A stretch of 64,000 nt of DNA from Eutreptiella sp. 'Long Island Sound 2002' (Eukaryota; Protista; Euglenida): assembly GCA_964036045.1 (NCBI GenBank), contig OZ038378.1, forward strand, positions 23,932,001 to 23,996,000, given 5' to 3'. The notes beneath the pieces are model-generated. The model saw nothing but the letters and a program-made list of their open reading frames with translations. It did no database searches and had not been told where the DNA came from. The position numbers and the translations under genes are program-made. Shown here piece by piece: positions 37,109 to 48,585 of the stretch (position 1 is the stretch's first letter; each line of letters starts with the position of its first letter).

Positions 37109-38877
37109 AGGACTGAATATTGGGGAGCTGGTGGGGGAAGGAACATCGTCTAGGAGACTTTAACGACAAATGAGGTACGCACTGGAAAGTGGACGAGAGC
37201 GGCTCAACAGGGGCTCAAAATGAGCTGTATTCATCCGTTTGGGCACCACAACTGGACAAGGATCATTTTTGGCAAACCATGGTTTTGACCTTTTTTTTGA
37301 GCCATTTGTGGTCCCAAATTGGCCCATATCCAAGGCCGTTTCCCCTCTAAGAGGGGCCAACATTGCTCAACATGGGCCCAAAATGGGCTCATTCCACTTG
37401 TTTGTGCACCCCAAAATAATCCAAAAGTATCTTTGGAAAAACACATTTTTGATCCATTTTTGACTGATTTTTGGTCCCAAAACAGCCCATTTTCAAGGCA
37501 TTTTGTGACTTTGGAGTGGCCAAAATGGCTTGCTATGGGCTCAAAATGGGTTCATTTCACTTGTTTGTGCATCCCAAATGGTCTAGGAACATTTTTGGAA
37601 AAACACATTTTTGACCCATTTTGGACCCATTTATTGTCCCAAAACAGCCCATTTTCAAGGCATTTTGGGATTTTGGGAGGGCCACAACGGGCCACAACGA
37701 GGTCAAAATGCGCCAAAAACACTTGTTTTGGCATTCCATGTGGTCTAGGATCATTTTTTAAAAAAGTCTTTTTTTTGCACACGGTGGACCTTGTTGACCC
37801 ATTTTGGCACCCACCTCTTTGGGCTCCCTCTTGCAGCTTGCCACAGCCCATTGGGCCTAGGTATGGGGGGTCAAGGCGTCAGTGAGGGCAATTTTGAGGG
37901 GTGGAAACCACCAAAAGTGGGTGGTTGTAGGTGGATTAGGTGTGCTCGAAATTGCCTTTTGAGCCACGTAGCCCCAGGAATGGTCTGTTTTTGGTTTGGG
38001 GCTGTCGGCGGGCAATGTGCACAAATTTTGGGGCTTTTGGGGGCCTTTTGGGGGCGGTTCGCGAACATATTGTGGAGTTAGAGGGCCGTAGAGGGCCCTT
38101 CGGCCCAGGGCAGTCTAGCTGCATGTGTAGAGTAGCCACTATTTCCTTTCATTTGGCTGTTTTTCGGCAGGGTTTGTAGGGTGGTTTTGGGCAAAATAAA
38201 GGCCGATTTTGGCCCTAAATTGCAAATTTTGAAATGGAGGTCCGGCCCTTGCGGCGCCCGTTCCCGGCCGCCGACGTTGAGTTGTGTGCTCATACTTTGT
38301 GTGGTTGTCCCTCACACCCATAGGTACCATCCACCAAAATTTTGGCCAAATCCGAAGCACCGCGACGGAGCTGTGATTTTTCCCCATTTGGCGCGTGCTT
38401 GTTGCTTGCTTGCTTGCTGCTTGCTGCTTGCTGCTTGCTGCTTGCTTGCTAAACCTAGTGGGTCCACCCCAGACACTAAAGAGGGTCATAAAACCAAGAC
38501 TGGTTCCACCAGCTCGGTGACCCTACGTGATCTCGTGGATGCTTGCGTTGGTTTCTCTACCTCTGTCTGCACTGGGGCTGGCCCTTTCTCCGAGTTTGAG
38601 CCCTTTGCCTCTGTCTACGCTGGGGATGACCCTTTCTTTGGTTCGGATGTTGAGCCCTCTACCTTTGTCTGGGACCACAAATGGCTCAAAAACACGTCAA
38701 AACCATGGTTCTAAAAAATGATCCTTGTCAAGTTGTGGTGCCCAAACAGATGAATACAGCTCATTTTGAGCCCCTTTTGAGCCACTCTCATCCACTTTCC
38801 AGTGCGTACCTCATTTGTCGTTGAAGTCTCCTAGACGATGTTCCTTCCCCCACCAGCTTGGTCCCAATATTCAATCC
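37109..38877. mobile_element. Long-TIR module flanked by outward-facing telomere-like tracts
   Basis: ~207-bp TIRs (37110-37318 / 38670-38877); degenerate CCCTAA tract to the left, TTAGGG-like tract to the right. Confidence 0.8.
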
Positions 38878-39327
38878 TAGTTAGGGTGATGGTAGGGTGA
38901 AAGGGAGGGCAAGGGGAGGTAGGGGGATCATGTAACCCCCCCCCCCTCTCCCCCTGCCACCGCCCCAAAAAATCACCTCTCTTGGACCCCTCCCCCAATT
39001 GACCCTCCTGCCCCCCCCCCCCCCCCCCCACCCCACCCCATCGCCCCTCTCGGACCCCCCCGAGGGGGGGGGGGGGCTCGGCTGATAGTTAGGGGCAACC
39101 CCCTCCGGTACTTGGCCCCGGGTTGCCGCCGATTCCTGCCGATTCTTGCCGATTACTGCAAGCTCTGGTTTTAGTGTGGTCAAAAATAGTGCCAGAATGA
39201 ACAGACATTGGTGCAGCCGGTAGCAAATGTTGTTATTCCATATCATCTGTGTCTCTGTGTGTGTTCTTGTTCATTTGTATGTACTTGTTCGCCCTAGTTG
39301 GTTGTTCCGCCTTTATGCAGTGCAGCT

Positions 39328-41480
39328 ATGGCACCCAAATGTGCACAATGTAAATCTAAAGGATCAACACGGCATGTTTCTAATCTGGAGGATGCTCAGC
39401 GGGATGCAGTGCTGCAGAAGTGGACCTCCTTGTGTTCAACTTCTGCTATTTGTGATCTGTGCATTCGGACTGCCCTCCCCAGCAAGCTCTTCATGTCCAT
39501 GCAGACTACCCCACCGCCAAAGGCCCGGGCAGAAAAGAAACAGGTGACAGCAGACAAGAAACGGGAACCCCAACCGTGGGACACGGCGCAAGTGAAGGCA
39601 TATCAAAAAGTGTGCATCCATGCCAGACGCACCCGGCGAGAGGGCACGCGCAGTGGGTCTGATGTCACCATTCCGGTGGAGCAAAACAAAAAGGAGGAAT
39701 ACAAGCCCAATCCGAAGGAATTTACTGATGACATGGTCTTTGCATTGCTGCAAAAGGGGTACACCCTAGAGGTTATTGATGTGTTGCGACCTGTGCTCAG
39801 GAAGCATACAAATGTGGGTGGGTATGTGTGCAGTACGCATCAAGCTGAGGATTACGTTCAACCAGCGGTGATGGAGCAACTAAAAAGGACAGCCATGGGC
39901 CAAATTGCATCACCACGGGCTCAAAATGGGCTAAAAACGCTTGTTCAAGCATCCCAAATGGTCTAGGATCACTTTTGGAAAAGTGTGTTTTTGACCCATT
40001 TTTGACCCATTTTTGGTCCCAAAATGGCCCCTTTACAAGGCATTTTGGGATTTTCCGTGGCCCAAAACGCGTCCACACGGGCTCTAAACGGGCTAAAAAC
40101 ACTTGTTTGAGCATCCCAAATGGTCGAGGATCACTTTTGGTAAAGTGCGTTTTCGACCCATTTTTGACCCATTACCCTCGTCCGCGGCGATGCTGAAGAA
40201 ACTGGTGCCCCCAACGTCATTTTTGATGAAACGACTGATGAAGCGGACGGGCACCCCATCAATGTTATTGTGTGTTCCCACACACGCCTGGTTTCCGTGG
40301 GAACATATTGGCTGCGACCTGAAGACAAGGTGAACAACCAAACGGTGGCTAGTGCTGTGACGTTGTTTTGGGATGCACTGGGCATCCCTAGGGCCGTGGT
40401 CAGGCTCACCTTGGTGGACAACGCGGGGTATTGCAAAAAGGCCTTCGACGACCACCTGACAGTGGTGTTCCCAAATGCGGTTCTGCGAAGATGTTGGGCA
40501 CACAGTGCCAACAGATCTGGGGCCACCATTTTTGAACATCCGCTGATGGCAGCTTTGAAGGAGTACATGCGCCTCATGCGCGCCCTGGTTCATGCAATGA
40601 ACCAATGTCAACGCCGACATCGATATGTGGCTGACATTGGCAAAGTTCTGCTGGACTACACGGACACCCGTTGGACATCTGAGAGCGTCACAGCTGAGCA
40701 TCATGCTCAGAAGTTCAATGACGAGTGCGTTTGGCTGGAACATGAGGTGGCCCTCCGGAAGGACCATAAGATCCTCTTGCAAGTGACCACGTTGGTGACC
40801 AAGAAGGCAAAGGCATACGAATAATGGCACTGTTTATGGTAGCGTTCGGCAAACCGATTTATGCGTTCATCGAAGGAATCCAAGTTGACATTGTACCAAA
40901 AGGAGACAAGAAGGATGAGCGAAGGCCTTTTGGACATCGGTTGTATGCAAGAGTTCTTGAACTTGAATCGAAGTTGGACATGATGGCCAAGAATGTGCAA
41001 ATCATCCCGGGACTCTCCGCCATGTTGGAGGCACTACCCGATGATGCAAAGAATGTTGCTGTGCAGAAACTCACAGAGGTCGCAAAGAAGGTGTTGATGG
41101 TGGTTCAGAAGTACAAAATGAATCAACTCCCTTTCTGATCAACTCCGAATACTCGATCCCCGTCAAAAGAGGTTCTTATCTCACCGTTTGACACGCTACA
41201 CAATCCTTTTTAACGAAGAAAAGTGCAAGCATTTTGGAGAATCGGGGCAATGGCATTTGTATATGCAGTTACCTGGCCCTCCTGCTGATGGTTTTCAATT
41301 GTTGCCTTGGTGGCAACATGCCGCTGAATACTTTAATATTCCCGATTTAGCACAGGAGGCGGAGATCTTATTGACACAACCGATTACATCGACTGCCGCT
41401 GAAGGATCCTTTCGGGCATTGAAGACCCTGCAAACCTCTGATTGCAGGGGCACAGGCCTGGATACCCGCAAGGGTACCTG
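39328..41480 (+). pseudogene. hAT transposase, CGGBP1/DUF659-like, interrupted by satellite at ~39890-40170
   Basis: N-terminal CxxC...CxxC; IFDETTDE, VDNAGYCKKAF, RCWAH, and hATC-like LLTQPITSTAAEGSF; KRT|LVR rejoins across the insertion. Confidence 0.85.
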
Positions 41481-41831
41481 TTTGCTGTGGCGAATGGTGA
41501 CATCACTCACCGTGTTCCTGATTGGGCCTACTGAGCCAACATCAAGCCTCTTCATGTTTCCCTGCTTGTTGCATGTTGCATGATATCTCTCGGGGACATC
41601 CGTTTTATGCCAAAACGGAGCGAATTCGCAATTTTTCGGGGGGTTTTCAAGTTTTGGTCCAATGCACCAAAATTTCGTTCCGTAGGGGGGGTATGTGTAT
41701 GCTTTTTGAAATCTGTGAGAAAAGGCCACTTCAGAAATCTATGGGTTGGGGGGGGGGTAGGTGGTCACAGTTTTGAGCACAGAGCTGAACAAGAGACGGC
41801 ACACAGGACGGGGCACTGCTCCAGGGATCAC

Positions 41832-42215
41832 TCATTCTTCGGAATCCGAGTCGCTGTCATTGTGTGCCCTCTTTCTGGTGTACTTCTGGCGACCTGCGTG
41901 TTTCACATCTTGCTGCAAATCGACGTCGATGCAGGTTGCGGGGTGAGTCTTTTTATCCCAAAACTGGGCTGCAAAAGCCGCAGCCTCAGTAGTGGCTAAA
42001 ATGTCGTGCTCTGTGTGGCTGCAGGCAGGTTGCTGCGAACCACCTATGCGAGGCTTTTTTGCGGTGCTAGGGGTCGTCATGCGACTACCCTGCACCAAGG
42101 TAGCACCCCCAGAGCGTGCTCTTTTGCGAACCAAAGGTTGTTGCGGTGCATCCGGGGATGCAACAGCACGTGGCGTGAATTTGTATCCGGACATGGTGGC
42201 TGTCTGTTGACAAAA
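41832..42215 (-). CDS. Small basic/acidic ORF convergent with the transposase
   Basis: MSGYKFTPRAVASPDAPQQPLVRKRARS...HNDSDSDSEE*; NLS-like clusters; inside the element. Confidence 0.4.
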   Translation of the reverse strand, partial: FCQQTATMSGYKFTPRAVASPDAPQQPLVRKRARSGGATLVQGSRMTTPSTAKKPRIGGSQQPACSHTEHDILATTEAAAFAAQFWDKKTHPATCIDVDLQQDVKHAGRQKYTRKRAHNDSDSDSEE

Positions 42216-42835
42216 ACAGCCAGCAAGCAACACAGGCACTGTCCAAAAAAGACAAAAATCTCAAACATACTGTCAGTACAACATGCAGACCCAATACAAC
42301 ATGCAGACCCAGGGTGTTCCAAATAGCCTTTTTCAAGGGCTTTCCGAATATACCCCACATACCCCCCCCTTTGGGACACTCAGCGGGCACGAACGAGGCA
42401 TCCCTGAAAACGCTCCGTGTTGGCATATTCCTTACCGTCCCGAGAGATATGTGTATGTATGTGTGTCTGTGTGGTGTGTATGGCTGCACATGTCTGTTCA
42501 CTGACAAATCCGACCCTGAGCCTGGTTTTTCAGCTGTTTTGTGCCCGCCGATTTGTTGCCGATTACTGCACGGGTGCTTTCGCCGATTACTGGGATGGGT
42601 TGTAGGGGGGGGGAGCCCGTTTCCAAACCCGAGCCCCTCCCCCCCCCCGTGGCTGCCGTCAGTCAGGTGGGATGAGGGTGGTGGTGTGGAACAAACAAAC
42701 ACATCGGTCAGCAGTGCACATGCAGGCAGAACTAGCAATGCCTGACCTCTGCACTGATGTGTCTGTTGAGTCTGTGTTTTTGTGCTGGTGTTTTGCGGTG
42801 CTGTGTCCACCATGGCATTCTTTTGCTGTTGTCAG

Positions 42836-42929
42836 AATCCATCAAGGAGGATCAAGGGCTCTATGGGTCCATCACAATGCCAGTGGTCTCATATCCCACA
42901 ATGAAATCCATCATCATCCTGGCGACCAG
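42836..42929 (+). CDS. Beta-helix protein exon
   Basis: cag|AATCCA...GACCAG|gt; (K)IHQGGSRALWVHHNASGLISHNEIHHHPGDQ; phase-2 start matches the previous exon. Confidence 0.88.
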
Positions 42930-44320
42930 GTTCAGTGTTCCTGTGCTTTGTACCCTGCCAATTTGAATGGCTGTCTCATCCTCCAGCCACCAAGGCAATA
43001 TGGTGAGTGAATGGATGGTTGGGATTTGTTAGGACCCCACTGCCTCCCTTTTGGGTGGTGCAGCACCTTCCAAGCTGGGCTGCTGAAGCATCTCACTGTG
43101 TGGGGGTGGTGGGGGGATGGCATATAACACATACGGGTCGTGACCTGATTTTTGTGCTGATTGGTCCTTTGATTTCTTGGGACTGCAGCGCTTTTTTACC
43201 ATCCTCTGCGCTCAGCTGTGGGTGGACTGGGGAGTCCACCGGGGGGAGGGGTGCGGTTGCAGTTTGGTGTATTGCTGTTGCTTAGTTGGGGTGCCTGGTG
43301 GCATCGTGTGCTGCTGGACACCAGCCAGCCATCAGGTTATAGGACAGTAAGTGTGGTCAGCGGGAATCTGTTCATTCTGTTTCTTGTCCATGACATGTCA
43401 GTGAAGATCTCCTCTACTTTTGTATTTGGCGTGTGAACTGTCCCTCCTTGTACCTGTGTGGGATCGTACGCACACTTCTGTTTCCCATAGCCGGGGGGGG
43501 GGTCGACAAACAGAGGCAGGTGGTATTTTGAACAAGGGATTTCGACGGCCAGGCCATAAAAAATGACATCTACAACCTGAAAGCACTGAAGGGGCTGAAA
43601 ATTGTCAGCTGGAGAAGGTGCACTCCGACACATTTGTAGGCAAACCCTGTACCTTGAACTGAGTGGTGCGTCATGCAGACAATTTCATCCCTCCCCTCCC
43701 AACATTGCTTGGGGCCAACCCCTGGGGCTTGCGGGGCAGCCAGAGCCGGCTGGGGCAGTCACACCTTCCTTGTTCACCCCATGCCCTTGTCGAGTATTTC
43801 ACGGTGGTGTAGGAGTTTCCTTGTTTGGGTCCACGTTTGAGCACTGATTGCAGTGATGACCAGAGCGAGTTCACTATCGGTCGCTATGTGAACCCATTGG
43901 ATCCTCTGCCAAGGAACATAATGTCTTGAAGGGTTATGCGCATTGACGTTATTGTGTCACTATGAAAATTTCTGATTTAGGGTCCATATCCTGTGAGCCA
44001 ACCTGCTCCCCCCTCTCTTGAACAATTGTGCACATCCGCATATCCGCACATACCAACTGGCATATTTAGTCTTAATGGCAACCCCCTCAGCCCTCGTTGT
44101 TATCTCCTGCCCAGGATCCCCTTCCAGGGTGTCACCCCTCCCCAACCTACAGCACATCGCACACATTGTCCAAATCGTCTTCGTGCCACGTCTATTGAAT
44201 ACATTTTCCCGTAGGGGAGTGGAGGTCCGAGGGGAATGTTGTATTTTGCCGTGTGCTATTGAAACTGATGGCACAGTTGCTGCACGCCATCCATCCATCT
44301 GCTTGGGCATGTGTCTGCAG

Positions 44321-44521
44321 TTGCTCGTCCAAACTGGGGCCAATCCAACAATGGAGAGTAACAGCGTGCACCATGGGCATCGCTTCGGGGTGCTGATCAA
44401 CAAAGGAGGACGTGGGAAACTGATGGCTAGCAACAAAGTTTACGAGAATGCATTCGATGATCCCACTCGGCTCATGGCTGGACGGAGACATCGTGCTGGA
44501 GAAATATCTGTGGCACAACAG
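44321..44521 (+). CDS. Beta-helix protein exon (last beta-helix coils)
   Basis: cag|TTGCTC...; LLVQTGANPTMESNSVHHGHRFGVLINKGGRGKLMASNKVYENAFDDPTR...; the donor position is less certain. Confidence 0.82.
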
Positions 44522-44639
44522 GTCCTCTTTCCCCAGCCGTGTCCGCAGTGCCCATCGCATGCGCGTCACGGCTGTGACGTGGGACTGATAACAGGCCCAC
44601 AGACAGACACACAGTATCTGCCACATTGGCAACATTGGA

Positions 44640-45150
44640 CATGCTTGAGGAGGATGGGGCTTGATTCTGAGGCTCGGAGGCTTGAACACCTTCAAGTGGC
44701 TCTACAACAGTATCCTCCACCTGTACAGGTGAAGTAGAGGGGGGCTCTTCAAGCGTGGAGGGGGTACTCCCAAGAGTGTCTCCAGGCGCGACAACAGTAT
44801 CCTCCACCTGTGAAGTAGAGGCGGGCTCTTCGGAGGTTGTACCAATGGCAGCAGGATACTCACCAGGTGTCCAACAACAGACCTCCTCGCTCCAATCATT
44901 TTGTGGGGTCACGCCAGGGAGTCAGACGGCACAATCTGCATTGATGATGCCCATGGCTTGTTTGATGCAACCTTCCGGCAAAGATGTAAGACGGAGGTTC
45001 TCAAAGCCTCATGTCCAACCATTTTTTTTTTGAAACCCCAACACCTTACTTAGCATGGACAGTGACCTGTCTTGCCCTCAACTGCCTTACCATGGGTTGG
45101 ATCAAAGAGGTCCCACCCAATAGCTCCCAAATCCACACTATGAATGCCCG
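44640..45150 (-). pseudogene. Ulp1-like protease C-terminal half plus acidic tail
   Basis: Minus strand RAFIVWIWELLGGTSLIQPMVRQLRARQ...GFQKKNGWT*G...LPEGCIKQAMGIINA aligns by eye with 24350-24620; catalytic Cys codon is TGA. Confidence 0.7.
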
Positions 45151-45997
45151 CACAGGCTTTAGGTAGCCATGGGGGAGGTGACTCCACGGGTCCTAGGACG
45201 CCAACCCCCCCCCCCCCCCCTCCCCCCCAGGGGGCCTCCGGCCAACAGTTAGTTGCCAAAGGTGCCGCCCTTAGGAGTCAATGGGCGCCGAAGGCGCGCG
45301 ACGCTCCATGGGCACCAAAGGCGCCTGAAGGAAAATCACCTCGAAGAGAGGTTGTTAGATCAAGCGCAGGCACGTGTGTTGTATACCCCCCTTTTTGGGG
45401 GTCGTTCGCGTAGCATACCCCAAGGCATGATATTGGATGTCCAAACCCGGGTAAAATCATTATTTTGCCCAATAAAACGATCCCCCAATGGAATTTTTGC
45501 TTCTGAGGCCTCTATCCCCTGAAACTGGATATCACATTTTGGTGTGGGGTGGGTGGGCTGGGTCAAAAGTTTGTGCTCACAAGGGTTTGAAAGAGGGTCA
45601 CCTTCAACAAAGCTTGTAGTCCAATGGCGTGGCTAGCACTCGGCTTGCTTGCAGTCAAACCGCCGAACTGTGCAATGGCGGTCGACTATATTACCATTCG
45701 GACGCTACATGTTACGCTATACAAAGGCCTCCCCACTACTTGGAGCGGAGTCGGCCACGGAAAACACCCAAACTATGTGTTTCTGTCTACCTGTCTGCTT
45801 GCCCGACTGACTGCTTGATTGACAGCTTGCCTGACTAAGTGACTGATTGCCTGACTGTCAGCCTCTCTTCGAGGTGCACTGCCGAAGGCAATAGAATTTT
45901 GTCCATTTTGCACAATATCCTTAAACCCAACCTTGACCCTAACGACCACCCCAACCCTCAGCCTAGTCCTACCCCTACCCCTCCCCATAGCCCTAGC

Positions 45998-47433
45998 CAG
46001 GATTGAATATTGGGACCGAGTTGGTGGGGGAAGGAACATCGTCTAGGAGACTTTAACGACAAATGAGGTACGCAGTGGAAAGTGGACGAGAGCGGCTCAA
46101 CAGGGGCTCAAAATGAGCTGTATTCATCCGTTTGGGCACCACAACTTGACTAGGAGCATTTTTGGCAAACCATGGTTTTGACCTTTTTTTTGAGCCATTT
46201 GTGGTCCCAAATTGGCCCATATCCAAGGCCCTTTTGGCCTTGAGAGGGGCCAACATTGCTCAACATGGGCCCAAAATGGGCTCATTCCACTTGTTTGTGC
46301 ACCCCAAAATAATCCAAAAGTATCTTTGGAAAAACACATTTTTGATCCATTTTTGACTGATTTTTGGTCCCAAAACAACCCATTTTCAAGGCATTTTGTG
46401 ACTTTGGAGTGGCCAAAATGGCTTGCTATGGGCTCAAAATGGGCTCATTTCACTTGTTTGTGCACCCCAAATGGTCCAAAAGTATCTTTGGAGAAATGCA
46501 TTTTTGATCCATTTTGGACCCATTTATTGTCCCAAAACAGCCCATTTTCATGGCGTTTTGTGACTTTGGGGCGGCCAAAATGACTTGCGTTGGGCTCAAA
46601 ATGGGCTCATTTCCCTTGTTTGTGCACCCCAAATGGTCTAGGATCCTTTTTGGAAATGTTTCCACCCCTCAAAATTGCCCTCACCGACGCCTTGACCCCC
46701 ATACCTAGGCCTAGTGAGCCGCGGCAAGCTGCAAGAGGTAGCCCAAAGAGGTGGCCGCCAAAATGGGTCAACAAGGTCCACTGGGTGCAAAAAAAAAAAG
46801 AACTTTTTCAAAAATGATCGTGGACCACATGGAATGCCAAAACAAGTATTTTAGGCGCGGTTTGAGCTCGTGGTGGCCCGTTGTGGCCCTCCCAAAATCC
46901 CAAAATGCATTGAAAATGGGCTGTTTTGGGACAATAAATGGGTCAAAAATGGGTCAAAAATGTGCTTTTCCAAAAATGATCCTTTACCATTTGGGGTGCC
47001 TAAACAAGTGAAATGAGCCCATTTTGGCCCTCACAAAATGCCTTGAAAATGGGCTGTTTTGGGACCAAAAATCAGTCAAAAATGGATCAAAAATGTGTCT
47101 TTCCAAAGATACTTTCGGATTATTTTGGCAGCACAAGCAAATGGAATGGTCCCATGTTGAGCCCATGTTGAGCAATGTTGGCCCCTCTTAGAGGGGAAAG
47201 GGCCTTGAATATGGGCCAATTTGGGACCACAAATGGCTCAAAAAAAAGGTCAAAACCATGGTTTGCCAAAAATGCTCCTAGTCAAGTTGTGGTGCCCAAA
47301 CGGATGAATACAGCTCATTTTGAGCCCCTTTTGAGCCACTCTCATCCACTTTCTAGTGCGTACCTCATTTGTCGTTAAAGTCTCCTAGACGATGTTCCTT
47401 CCCCCACCAGCTTGGTCCCAATATTCAATCCTA
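45998..47433. mobile_element. Second long-TIR telomere-flanked module
   Basis: ~270-bp TIRs; C-rich tract to the left, TTAGGGTTAGGG at 47435-47446. Confidence 0.8.
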
Positions 47434-47446
47434 GTTAGGGTTAGGG

Positions 47447-48585
47447 TCACCGAGCTGGTGGAACCAGTCTTGGTTTTATAACCCTTTTTAGGGTCTAGGG
47501 TGGACCTATCAGGTTTAGCAGCAGCAAGCAAGCAAGCAGCAAGCAGCAGCACGCGCGAAATGGGGAAAAATCAGAAGTCCGTCGTGGTGTTTTGGATTTG
47601 GTTGAAATTTTGGTGGAAGATACCTATGGGTGTGAAGTACAATCACACAAAGTTTGAGCAAGAAACTCAACGGTGGCGGCCAGGAACGGGATTCGCAAGT
47701 GGCAAACCTCAGTTTCAAAAACTGCAGTTTAGGGCCAAAAACAGCCATTTTTGGGCCAAAAAAGCCCTGGAACACATTCAAAACGGCCAAGCGAAGGGAA
47801 AAGGTGGGTACACTCCACGTGCGGCTTGACTTCCCCGTGTCAACGAGCTCTTTGCGGCCCTCTAACTCCATGATATGTCCCGGAAACGGCCCAAAAAGGC
47901 CCCCAGAAGCTCCCAATGCCGACAGCCACAAACCAAGAATGGGCCATATCTTTGGCTACATGGCGCAAAATGCGATTCCGAGGGCACCTACTCCACCCGC
48001 AACCCCCCACTTTTTGTGGTTTCCACCCCTCAGAATTGCCGACGGAATAAACGGACGCCTAGACCCCCGTACTTAGGCCCACTAGGCTGCGGCAAGCTGC
48101 ATGCTCAAGCCCAAACAGGTGGGTGCCCAAATGGGTCAACAGGGTCCAGTAGGGGCAAAAAGATGACTTTTCTCAAAAATGAATTTCGACCATGTGCGAC
48201 GCTAAAACAAGGGTTTTTGGACCGTTTTGAGCCTGTGGTGGCCCATTTTGGTCCTCCGAAAATCCCAAAATGCCTTGAAAATGGGCTGTTTTGGGACCAA
48301 AAATGGGTCCAAAATGGGTCAAAAACACATTTTTCCAAACCTCATGCTAGACCATTTGGGGTGCACAAGCGAGTGAAATGGGCCCATTTTGAGCCCATTT
48401 TGCGCCCATTTTGGCCCCTCAGAAGTCCAAAAAGCCTTGAAAGTGGGCCTCGTGGTGATGGGGTTCACTTGCAAGCTGATTTCACTTTGTCAAGAGCCAT
48501 CAAGGTGTGAATCATTCTTGATGTCCCTCACCAGTCATAGCTGATGTTCCCTCCCCCACCAGCTCGGTCCCAATATTCAGTCTTG
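47447..48585 (+). repeat. ~1.13-kb module (B-C unit), copy 1
   Basis: Near-identical to 54033-55163 and to the reverse copy 52678-53830; ACCGAGCTGGTGG at both ends; GCAA/GCAGCAA microsatellite. Confidence 0.88.

Larger units (their letters stand above)
39062..42648 (+). mobile_element. hAT element with CGGBP1-like transposase (decayed)
   Basis: Putative TIRs GGGGGGCTCGG/CCGAGCCCC; subterminal GCCGATT repeats; transposase motifs inside; no TSD found. Confidence 0.6.
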
